From Epithemia pelagica (lineage: Eukaryota; Protista; Bacillariophyta), in contig OX337228.1 of NCBI GenBank assembly GCA_946965045.2, positions 6,076,001 to 6,140,000 of the forward strand: 64,000 nucleotides of DNA. Direction: 5' to 3'. The position numbers and the translations under genes were made by a program. Within the stretch, counting starts at the first letter, position 1, and every line of letters begins with the position of its first letter. The notes under the pieces are model-generated. The model saw only the letters and a list, made by a program, of their open reading frames with translations, had not been told where the DNA came from and did not search any database. Shown piece by piece: positions 1 to 9,700 of this stretch.

Positions 1-827
1 CCAGGACTGATAGGATTCGTTGTTGGCACGTCGCCAAGCAGCATCTTCGGCCCACTCCACGTCTGTTCGAATAGCCGACAAAAAGTCGTAGAGGCCCAAA
101 ATTCCCCAGGGTCTCTCGTCTCCATACTTTTTGCGGCGGCGGTCCTGAGCCCATTGGAAATCACGGATTCTTCGAGCTAGTTCTGGAGCCATAAAATCGG
201 AACCCTTCCAGTCCGCCGATAGCTTTCCAGCCACTAGTCGAAGCTGGGCAATGTCATCCTCTCGGTTTTCCATATTGGGATGGATGTCACCAGGAGCAAT
301 AAATGTAGAACGACCTGGCGTGATGGGAACAATTTCTTCGATTTCATCTTCATAACTGAACGATAAATCAAGTGGGCAATGGAAATTAGGGAAATTTTGA
401 TTAAAACTCTCTCTCGATGTTCCTGTGACAGACGTACGTACCTATCAAGGGGCGAATTGTCATCTTGGTCAACAAGGACCGCAGCGATATGTAGGTTATT
501 GCTGTTTGCCCGAATTGAAATTGGAACGGCTTGAGCATCATTGTCGTAGCTTGAGGGATTGCTGTGTTGCATTATACCCATTGGAGTTTGTGTCGTGTAT
601 GGGTTCGTGGCAGGTGGACGTGCATTCGAGTTTTGGTCCAAACTATCTTCCGTGGTATACAAACTTCGAGTTGTGAGCGGATTCATCGCTGGTGGCCGAG
701 CGTTCGAGTTCTGATCCATGCTGTCTTCGGCAGTATACAAACTCGCCTCCTCAGGCGTTGGCGTCCGTGGCTCCAGGCTCACTGGGAGTCCACCATTGAT
801 GGTTCCTTTATGTGGAGTCGCAACCAT
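1..827 (-). CDS. Probable rhomboid-like intramembrane protease, N-terminal part only; the gene runs off the left edge and the true start is uncertain
   Basis: Intron 441-356 (GTACGT...TTCAG) joins the 827-442 frame to an exon reading YEDEIEE...LARRIRDFQWAQDRRRKKYGDERPWGILGLYDFLSAIRTDVEWAEDAAWRRANNESYQSW. I recall this segment preceding the rhomboid domain in diatom proteins. The catalytic region is not in the window. Confidence 0.5.
588..743 (-). repeat. Two-copy 78-bp (26-aa) coding tandem duplication
   Basis: GTATACAAACT occurs at 655-665 and 733-743. The peptides are SLYTAEDSMDQNSNARPPAMNPLTTR and SLYTTEDSLDQNSNARPPATNPYTTQ. Confidence 0.85.
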
Positions 828-2115
828 CTCCGAATGTCTTTGAGTAAGGCGTCAGAAACTGAGATTGAAAGAGTTGACCTTCTCCAGCCCGAAGCACTTG
901 TTAAGGCTTGTAACGTTTGTCGTACTCCTATTACAAGTTGTCGATAAAGGGATGGATTTCCAAGTTTCGTTGGTTGTACTCCTATGACGAGTTGTAGTTG
1001 TCGATTGACTCCACGCACCTTTGTCCTTCTGGAGTGACAAAGAAAAAATGAGTGGGCGTTCCTGCTTATGCTCGACAGGCTCAGAGCGGGACTCGGTAAC
1101 GAGTCTATTTATGTCATGTGGAGAAAATAACCGTTAAATTTGTCGCTGGATGTGCACGACGGACGATCGCCGTGACGAATATTCCTTGATTTCGCCATAC
1201 CGGCGCGCAATAGGATATGGCCGTTTAATGAGCGTTACGATTCGCTTGCTACTAAGGATGAACGTCTGGCCGTGCACCGTACCCGCGGAACTTGGCGCAT
1301 TGGAAATTGGAAATCGGGATCTTCCCGGACACGTCCAATGGAAACCATGGCTTTCAAGCAGGAAATCAAAGACTTCTTTTCATGGAATATCCTAGAGTTG
1401 ATTATCATGCTATCGTCGAATACGTTGTGCTGTCAAGCTCTGCAAGTCACAAAGATATTACATGAGTTCCTCGTCGGAACGAAAAACGCAAAGCAGGCGA
1501 GCTGTTGACCATGACAGGAATGGAACTACTTGCTGGACCGGGCTCCACTGGGAGAGGTGTACGTCGAAGATCCATTGCCATTGTTGTAGTAGGTCGAGCC
1601 GTTGTCATTGCTGTAGTAGTAGGAACCGTTTGAGTTGGAGTCTGCACAGAAAAAAAGATATGAGGTCAGCATCGAAAAGACAACAATGAATGATGTAATA
1701 TCAGTCTTCTTGCAACAAGATGATTACTCACAATGGTAGGAGGAACCTGTGTTGGAGTTGCTTCCTCCCGGAGTGTTGTAGTGGTTGCCTTGGCTGTTTG
1801 TCCCGGACGGCATTGTCAATGTTTGCTATAGGATATGAGAAATCGAATTGCTCTCAGAGAAATAATGAGAGACGAAAGACATCTAAATTCAAAAGTTCCA
1901 TCCGACAGAGACAGATGGGATCTGGAATTGGTTGGTAGAAAATGTACCAAGATTCTACGTACGGGTGAAATCTACGAGCTCAACGAGGACGCGCGCAACG
2001 GCGGAGTTTCTCCACCCGTATCCTCGTGTCAAGATCACTCCCGATCGGAGATCGGAGTTCTGATGTTCTTGCTCTACGAGAGTAGATTGTAGTTCCTTCC
2101 ACAAAATCTTCAACC

Positions 2116-2528
2116 ATGAAGACATCACGTTCCTTTGTGGCGTTCGCCTTTTTGGCGCTCCTTGGAGTGGCCTTTGCCTTTATTCGCCCCGCTCAACCTG
2201 TGCAGTTAAACCAGCCTGCTGAAGTTGCTGCCGTCCCTTTGTTCGGCTTGGACAACCCTGCCATTGAAGTCGATTCGAACATCCAACCTGCCCGCAAGTG
2301 TACGTGCACCAAGAGATTTGGTTTATTGAGTTCATTTCCTAGTTGGCATCCAAGTAACTTACCTGACTGTGTTCTTTTCTTCCATAAAGGCGGATTCTGT
2401 TTCGGAGTAAGTTGAACCCTTCGAGATTTCAGTTCGTCCTGAATGAATGGCAACTAACCGCTCATCGTATTTTGTCTTTTCATTTTCAGTGAGCCGGGCA
2501 GACGAATTGCCCTGTCAGCGGACTCTAG
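2116..2528 (+). CDS. Candidate small plastid-targeted selenoprotein (79 aa, Sec at codon 68); exons 2116-2299, 2390-2406, 2490-2528
   Basis: Intron 1 is 2300-2389 (GTACGT..CTGAC..AAAG). Intron 2 is 2407-2489 (GTAAGT..CTAAC..TTTTCAG). The spliced product is MKTSRSFVAFAFLALLGVAFA-FIRP...IQPARKCGFCFG-[UGA 2490-2492]-AGQTNCPVSGL-TAG. A SECIS lies downstream. The gene itself is well supported; Sec decoding is inferred. Confidence 0.75.
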
Positions 2529-2670
2529 AGACCGCGACATGCTGTTCGTCGCAAAATTAAGATGACCTCCTCGGAGTTTGCGGGAATCGCAACATCGAGG
2601 TCGATCATGGAATTGCCTGTTTTCAGAAACGAACCAGCAGAAGATAGATTGCTAGGTGTGGACACCTGGT

Positions 2671-2737
2671 AGCTTGTGGCAGAATGACGTGTCTGTTGTT
2701 GAAAGGCGACGACAGAGAACTGACATGTTACGAAGCT
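2671..2737 (+). promoter_or_regulatory. Eukaryotic SECIS element candidate in the 3' UTR
   Basis: Helix 1: AGCTT-GTGGCA (2671-2681) pairs with TGTTAC-G-AAGCT (2726-2737). Core: ATGAC (2684-2688) opposite TGAC (2721-2724), giving tandem G.A pairs. Helix 2 includes TCTGTTGTTG/CGACGACAGA (10 bp, two G-U). Apical AAA at 2702-2704. The AUGA-to-AA spacing is 14 nt, slightly longer than canonical. Confidence 0.75.
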
Positions 2738-2838
2738 TTTGTGTGAAAACCCCACGGTTTATCTTTTGGAACTATTAGTTACAAGTTTACTCTACCTTAC
2801 TCCTACTCCTATGAAGTTAGCACGTGGAATGAACTATC

Positions 2839-5394
2839 TCAAAGTTCATCATGGGAAGCCGATTTCTTGTAGTTGGGTAGTGTTGTGCTCTGGTCATATG
2901 TTACATATTCACCGAGAAGATCGACCAACACTCCAAGGTGCTTCTCGTAACGCTTCCAAGCTTTGATAGCATCTTTGTATACCTTCTTTCTAACTTGTGT
3001 GCTGGAGTACGTGTTGACATAATGCTTTTGTTTGTGAAAGTCCAAAACGGAATCATGCCACGGTAGACCTGCAGCATCAATGATTGCGCGAGCCATACCG
3101 GGCATGTCTTCCACCATGTCTTCATAGCGGACATGTGTGATACGCCCTGGTAACACTTCTTCCCAATGGACCATGGTTTCGCGATACATCGTGTACAACT
3201 CCGCCAGGGCTTTTTCGTCAGAGGTGTAAGCCAGTCGATCCGCGGGAAAGTCATGTTTGAAGGCACTAAAGATGGTGTCCATTGGCTCTCGAATGACATG
3301 TAAAATGAGCGCATCAGGAAACATCATTTGGATGAAGCCAACATTGAAGTAGTTGCTCAACATCTTGTCCACAAATCGCAACGGCGTCGTGAGTGATCGT
3401 TCAGTGCCCCTATCTCGAGCAGTGTTCTTGTCCACGAGTTCCCATCGTTCCTTCATGGCTGCCGCAACTTCACTTGCCGCTTCTCGAGCCACACTTATAA
3501 TCTGATACCCTCCAGCTTCAGAAGCTTCCACAAATCGTTGTCGAATCGAGTCTAATCGCCCATTAAACACGGAGTTTTCACCCAAGCCAGCAATCGAAGG
3601 ATGAGCGTCCAGGACACGTTCGAGAAGAGTTGATCCACTCCGAGCAAATCCAATCACGAAAATAGGCGCCTTGGATGTGCTTCCCATCCCATTGGGCCAA
3701 AATCCTTTGCCAAAAACTTTCTTCATTTGTTGCACCCTAAGTTTCTCAGTTCCATAAGGGTAACCTGGTAGCGTCATAAGTTTGAACTTGTGCGACGCAG
3801 TCAAATGGTCCCATGCAAGAGAGTAGTCCTTCGTTTTCTTGTCGTTATAGACAAACAAAGCATGGTGGAAACGCCGGAGCCCATCCGCAAGTCCAACAAT
3901 ATAACTTGAGTCTGTTTGCGCCGACAGTGCAGACTCGAAGTTCTTGATCAACTCATTCAGGGGGCTCACAATGAAGTCCCATCCCGAAGGAACAGAAGCT
4001 TCACTCGCCTCCAACACTCGAGTCAACCCAGAATAGGCATCGCTAAAGAGATGATCTACATCCTGAGTAACCACCACCGCATAATCTTGTGCTGCCCCAT
4101 CAAATTTTCCCATGACAATTCTGGTCGAACCTCTTGCATTCCGTGCCTCCAAGTAGTTTGGTTCAATATCATGACAATACGTGAGTACTTTTTCGGATTG
4201 CTCAAACATGTCGGCCATAAAATAAAGTTTTCCGAGGGCTGTGTATACAGAACACAGCATGCCATCAATACTCTTTTCCCTGTAGGTCAACTCAACTTCC
4301 GATGGCACGTTTTGTCGACCATCTTGGGCCTTGTCCGTCGGGAGTCCCTGTCTTTGCGCCGCCTTTCGGTTCTGTCTCAAATGAACCACAACAGTTGTAT
4401 ATACATCAATAGCCTCTTGGTCGTAGGATCCACCGTCAAAGACTGTGATGCCCCACTGTCTCATTGCATCTGCATAGGCCAAGGCATTGAAAATGTCGGA
4501 TCGATCCTTGTCATACTCTTTCAAAAGACGATCAATATTCGCACTCATTGCTTGTTGTCGAGGATCATTTTTATTGCCACCATAGGAATTACTGGGGGAA
4601 GGCGAGTGAGATTTTGGCTTTGATTCCTCTACGGCCTCGTCTGGTACCGGTGGTCCATTGTACCAATGCGGTCTGCGTTGTCTGATGGTCTCCGCAATCG
4701 ATACGTAGCTAGTAGGCCAAGATGATGTATCAAATCCCAGGTGAGGATGAGATAATGGCGGTGCCGTTGGGGCAGAAGATTCGCTTTTCGCTTTTGGTGT
4801 TCTTTTCTTTGTTTCCAGGACACGAAAGTCACCATCCTCCGTTATTTCCATGTGTCGAGCTTCTTGGTCTTGAAGGTCTTCAAATTCCTTCTTCTTCCGT
4901 TGATAGTCCACATAGGCTTTTTCCAGTTTTTCGGGTGTGATTTGAATGGATCTGGTAGGTCCGCGATGATCCTTTACGATTGGTATTTTGGGGACAGATG
5001 TGTCCACACCATGTCGGGCAAAGATGCTAAGCAAGGTGATTGGTAATATCCAATAAAAGAACAAGGACCATGTCATTGTGGGGACTGGCGAGTCGTTCTC
5101 GTCTTCATCATCGTTTTGACCTTTGATTCGTTTGTTGTTGGTATCGTCTTTTTCCAACAGATCAGTGTAGTTCACGCTAGTGGCTGATGCTTCGTCCTGG
5201 TGCGACGGCGACCCGTCCTTCTGATCATTTCTCCCATTGTCCGACGATACCACCGTGTTTTCAGGCGCTGAAGTTTCTCCTTTATTGAGAGGATTGTTTG
5301 GTGGAGAATGGTCCGCCATGGAACTATTGCTGTCGCCGCCGATGGGAGTACTGTCGTCAGGACTGCTACTACTACGGCCTTTGCTCATGGTCAA
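2839..5394 (-). CDS. TPR-containing sulfotransferase (Sulfotransfer_3-like), type II membrane protein with C-terminal HDEL
   Basis: PAPS-binding motif PIFVIGFARSGSTLLERVLDAHP, followed by FVDKML..N and ILHVIREPMDT, and YEDMVED. TPR-like helices (YTALGKLYFMADMFEQS, ARNARGSTRIVMGKFDGAAQDY). One TM segment near aa 108-128. The sequence ends in HDEL. Confidence 0.85.
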   Translation of the reverse strand: MTMSKGRSSSSPDDSTPIGGDSNSSMADHSPPNNPLNKGETSAPENTVVSSDNGRNDQKDGSPSHQDEASATSVNYTDLLEKDDTNNKRIKGQNDDEDENDSPVPTMTWSLFFYWILPITLLSIFARHGVDTSVPKIPIVKDHRGPTRSIQITPEKLEKAYVDYQRKKKEFEDLQDQEARHMEITEDGDFRVLETKKRTPKAKSESSAPTAPPLSHPHLGFDTSSWPTSYVSIAETIRQRRPHWYNGPPVPDEAVEESKPKSHSPSPSNSYGGNKNDPRQQAMSANIDRLLKEYDKDRSDIFNALAYADAMRQWGITVFDGGSYDQEAIDVYTTVVVHLRQNRKAAQRQGLPTDKAQDGRQNVPSEVELTYREKSIDGMLCSVYTALGKLYFMADMFEQSEKVLTYCHDIEPNYLEARNARGSTRIVMGKFDGAAQDYAVVVTQDVDHLFSDAYSGLTRVLEASEASVPSGWDFIVSPLNELIKNFESALSAQTDSSYIVGLADGLRRFHHALFVYNDKKTKDYSLAWDHLTASHKFKLMTLPGYPYGTEKLRVQQMKKVFGKGFWPNGMGSTSKAPIFVIGFARSGSTLLERVLDAHPSIAGLGENSVFNGRLDSIRQRFVEASEAGGYQIISVAREAASEVAAAMKERWELVDKNTARDRGTERSLTTPLRFVDKMLSNYFNVGFIQMMFPDALILHVIREPMDTIFSAFKHDFPADRLAYTSDEKALAELYTMYRETMVHWEEVLPGRITHVRYEDMVEDMPGMARAIIDAAGLPWHDSVLDFHKQKHYVNTYSSTQVRKKVYKDAIKAWKRYEKHLGVLVDLLGEYVTYDQSTTLPNYKKSASHDEL

Positions 5395-5753
5395 CGTTTG
5401 TGTTTGGACGAGAAAACTACACCTAATGTAGGACTCTCTATGTGGAGGGAGAGCTACCTACCTAGCTAGGTAGCGCCCCCCAAGGACAAGGACCTGTGAT
5501 GTCAAACTGTAAAGGATCCCTCGTTCACATTCCATTCTATACAGAGCTCCAGAGCTCAAGGCAGCCCACAAAAACAAAACAAGTGGCAGTACAATTCCTC
5601 GTGAACTGTCCCACATAAATCAGGTATACTTCGACAGTCAGTAAGCTATGATGCAGAAGGAGAAGAAAGGAGTGTACCGACGTACACTCTTGACTGGGAA
5701 TCCGCTGGATCGAACGGCGTTCTGTGATAGATGGAGAAGGTCCTCCGGTTTCG

Positions 5754-6779
5754 TTATGTGTATCCAAAACAACATTTGGCATAGACTGTACACAGCATGG
5801 ATTGGACCACTTCCATATCCAGGTTGTTGGCAGCGAGACCAATAGGTGGATTGCCTTCGCGAGTCGTTGATCCATAGTCAGCTCCATGGGAAATGAGACA
5901 GTGAATGCATTCGACATTGCCCAGATTGCTACACGCCACATGAAGCGGTGTCTTTCCTCGGCGGGTGCACCGTGTATTTGGATTGGCATTGTACTGCATG
6001 AGGATTCGAACTATGGAGGCATCTCCTCGTGCACAGGCATAATGCAAGGGAGTTTCTCCATTTTCATCTTCTGCTGTGACGGATGCTTCATTTTGAAGCA
6101 AGGCACGAACCATTGGATACCTTCCGTTCTTGCAGGCAAAATGAAGAGCCGTTGTTCCATCCGATGGGGCTGCTAGATTTATGTCAGCCCCAAATTCTTT
6201 GAGCTTTTCGATGGATTTCGTACGGATTGAGCTGTCGTCTGGTTTGTTCTTGTAAAAGAAAGGAATGGATGACTCTTGATCACCAACGGACATCCAAAAC
6301 AAGAGAAAGGCTTTCAAGGGAGTCTTTCCAAAGTTATCCTTGGCATTTGGGTCCGCTCCTGCTTGCAAAAGAAGACTCATACTTTCATGGGATCCCCTTG
6401 AACAGGCAACATGTAATGGTGTTTCTCCCCATCGATCTTGGGCGTGCACATGAGCTCCCAATTCCACGAGTACCTGAACCACGCTGTGATTGTCCCCTGC
6501 ACTGGCATAGTGCAAGGCAGTAGATCCCATGGCATCGCTAAAGTCCAAATCCACTTGACTTCCTTCTTGTCGAAGCAAGTCCAACAACTGGTCCGCCGAG
6601 ATGCCACGACGTGCTGCCAAAACGAGGTAGGAACTGGACATGGTCGGTATCGTTTGCACTTGGGGTGTTTGTAGTTTGTAGACCACTTGAGACTCGAAAG
6701 ATGATTTTGGGGGATGCGCTGGGGGACAAGCGTCGTTGTTTGGTCGCTGATAAGTCTCACCGTCAGCGTCTGCTGTCAT
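5754..6779 (-). CDS. Ankyrin-repeat protein (about 6-7 repeats)
   Basis: Repeated ankyrin motifs: GSTALHYAS, GETPLHVAC, GKTPL, GTTALHFAC, GETPLHYAC, GKTPLHVAC, GNPPIGLAA. Confidence 0.9.
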   Translation of the reverse strand: MTADADGETYQRPNNDACPPAHPPKSSFESQVVYKLQTPQVQTIPTMSSSYLVLAARRGISADQLLDLLRQEGSQVDLDFSDAMGSTALHYASAGDNHSVVQVLVELGAHVHAQDRWGETPLHVACSRGSHESMSLLLQAGADPNAKDNFGKTPLKAFLLFWMSVGDQESSIPFFYKNKPDDSSIRTKSIEKLKEFGADINLAAPSDGTTALHFACKNGRYPMVRALLQNEASVTAEDENGETPLHYACARGDASIVRILMQYNANPNTRCTRRGKTPLHVACSNLGNVECIHCLISHGADYGSTTREGNPPIGLAANNLDMEVVQSMLCTVYAKCCFGYT

Positions 6780-6780
6780 C

Positions 6781-6792
6781 CGTTCTCAATTC
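6781..6792 (+). repeat. Left target-site duplication CGTTCTCAATTC
   Basis: An identical 12-mer occurs at 12509-12520 directly after the T tract. The bases flanking the two copies differ. Confidence 0.93.
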
Positions 6793-9700
6793 AATATATA
6801 CAGAATATTTTGCAAAAACCCCAACGGCTTAACCATCGATAGCCAAGGAGGTGACTTCGCTGAGCTATGCGAAGAGATACATGACTTAGAAGCAGACACA
6901 TGGGGAATCAACGAGACCAAACTAGATACTACGAACACAAAATGCAAAGAGATACTTTTCAAGACCGTACAACAACATTTTGAGCAATCGCGCATGGTAC
7001 TCAGCAGCAGTGTGATACCTTCTCCACGTCGGTCATTCTACAAACCAGGAGGAACCCTTTTAGCAACCAGAGGACACATGTCAGGAAGAGTGGTATGCCA
7101 AGGAAATGATAAACTTGGGAGATGGAGCTATCAGATCTTATCCGGAAGAGGGCAGAAGTCTGTTACAATAATCACAGCGTACCAAGTATGCTCTCAGCCT
7201 CTGATTGACTCGACAACTAACAGAATCAGAAGTTTCACAGCATCAGCCCAACAAATTAGCTTACTGCGACAAGCCGGCCGGGATATTACACCGAGAGTAG
7301 CATTCATTGAAGATTTGAACAAGTTTATAGAGGCACGTCAGTCACAACAATCAGAAGTGATACTCATGGGAGATTTCAATGAAGCGCTGGGCGATTCAAT
7401 GACAGGAATGTCGAAACTACAGTCAGACAGAGGACTAGTGGATCTCATGTACCAACTCACAGGATCGTCTACCTTTGGAACACATGTCTCAGGGCTCGAG
7501 AGGATAGACTATATATTATGTACGCCAAACGCCGCACAAGCTGCACTAACTGGGTGCTACGAACCCTTCCAGAAACGAGGACGCGGCGACCACCGTAACA
7601 TGGTTGTTGACTTTGATGTGGTAGAATTATTTGGCAACGAAACACCCGCTCTTGGACCTATGTCAGCTCGTGGATTCACCAGTAAGGACCGATCTACGAA
7701 TCGCCAGTATATTGAGTCGAAACATGAGTTTCTGACACGCCATAACTTTGGACCGCGACTTCAACAACTGAGAGAGACTTGGGACCCAAACTTAGCAGAG
7801 CGACTCGATAAAGACTTTCAAAGAGCTGGGAACTACGCCGCAAAAAGATGTACTAAGAAACCAAGATCCATCCCGTTTTCCCGCGAACTTGCAGAATTGA
7901 GAGTTCAAAAGAACACGCTCTTGAAAGTAATATCTTCTATTCGCCTCAATCGGAACTTTGACGCAGGTTTACAACATACTACCCGTCATGGCCACTCCTT
8001 CCTTGTTCCGGATTCCATGGAAGAATGTCAAACACAACTTCGTTCAGTACAAAGACGAATCTCTGAAATTACTAAAACTGCCGTTTTTCGAAGGCAGAAT
8101 GAACTAAAACTGGCGCTTGACGAAGCAACAAAAACAGGGGACACCAAAACTTCTAAAGCAATCAAACATAGAATGGCTGCCGAAAGAACAAAAGCCATGT
8201 ACGATAAACTCCGCAAGTGCAGAGGCTCTACCAAAAACGGTATTACCCGGTTAGATGTTCCAAGAGACGAAAACGACATGGATTACGCGACTTGCCGAGA
8301 CTGGATTACGATTGATACCCCGTCAGAAATTGAAACTCGGTTGCTACAACGAAACCGCCGCCACTTTGGCCAGGCAGAAAACACCTATCCAACGATACCC
8401 CCTTTTTCGGAGTGGGTGGACTGGGGAGCTTCCAGTCACACCGCCGAGCTCATTTTAGAAGGCAATTGGGAACCACCTGACATCGATGAACTTTCTCAGA
8501 GCATGATATCACACATGAAAGCGCGAGTTGAACTCGATAGTGTTCAAGGCGGTCTCACGAAAGAAGAATGGATTGGAAAGATCAAAGCATGGCCCGAGTC
8601 GACTACCACGTCTCCGTCGGGATTTCATCTCGGACATAGTAAAGTTCTTATTGCTCCGACTGACCTCGACCAACAATCACAATCAACCGAGTACGAAGCT
8701 CTGGAACACAAACGAGAGGACTTGATCGATTGGCAAGTCGGTCTTCTGAATACAGCCTTGTTGAACAGCTACTGTTACGAACGATGGAAGCATATTGTGA
8801 ACGTCATGATCCTTAAACAACCAGGGAATCTAAAAATTCACCGACTAAGGGTTATCCACTTGTACGAGCAAGACTATAATCTTGTCTTGGCCACCAAGTG
8901 GAAGAAAATGATCTCGCATTGCTCTAATCAACAGGTTCTCAATCCGTCGCAGTTTGGTGGAGTACCCGGGAAAGACGCAGTGATACCTACTTTCATCGAA
9001 GAAATGCAATACGAGATATCGCGAGCAAGTAAACGTCCCCTAGTCCATATGGACTATGACGCCACTGCTTGTTATGACCGTATCGTGATGAATTTCGGCA
9101 GTCTTGCTTCTCGCGCCTTTGGACAGCATCGCTCTATTACCTTTATCAATGCAAAGACTTTGGCTGAAGCGAAATATTATTTAAAAACCAAACTCGGTGT
9201 CTCAGAAAGATTCTACAAACACTGTCAGATCTTTCCGATCTACGGCTCAGGACAAGGCGCGGGAAACTCACCAGCTATCTGGTGCGTGATCAGCTGTGTG
9301 CTCTTTGACGTATACGAAGAGAAAGCTCACGGGGCAACATTCGAATCACCTTGCGGCAAGTACAAAACGAAGATCTACATGATCGGGTTTGTCGACGATT
9401 CAAGTGGGAGTACAAACGAATTTGCTCTACCTACCCAAGCCCCACTAGACTCATACATTTCCAAGGCCACCCACGATGCTCAACGTTGGAACGACACGCT
9501 AAGTCTCTCTGGCGGTGCTCTCAACCTTGAAAAATGCACCTATCACTTCATGCATTATACGTTCAGCGTAGACGGATTACCCAATTTACAAGCTGGCAGG
9601 TGTGGACCAGATGTTACAATTCATTTACATGGCACTGACCAACCTCAAAAGCTTCGACAGCTCTCCTCTTATGCGTGCCACAAAACCCTTGGCGTACAAA

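Noticed and set aside
2407-2415. ORF-track ending ...CFGVS-stop for the small protein
   Set aside because: GTAAGT is a consensus donor with a CTAAC branch point and a pyrimidine-rich acceptor 83 bp downstream, so the spliced form is more plausible as the main product.
2562-2605. A first ATGAC...CGAT hairpin in the same 3' UTR as a second SECIS
   Set aside because: GACCTC/GAGGTC pairs Watson-Crick through the would-be quartet, and the first AA is 19 nt from AUGA. This does not fit SECIS geometry.
5453-5474. Inverted repeat GCTACCTA-N6-TAGGTAGC upstream of the sulfotransferase
   Set aside because: CTAC/GTAG-rich tracts recur in many intergenic regions of this window. There is no evidence for a specific element or MITE.
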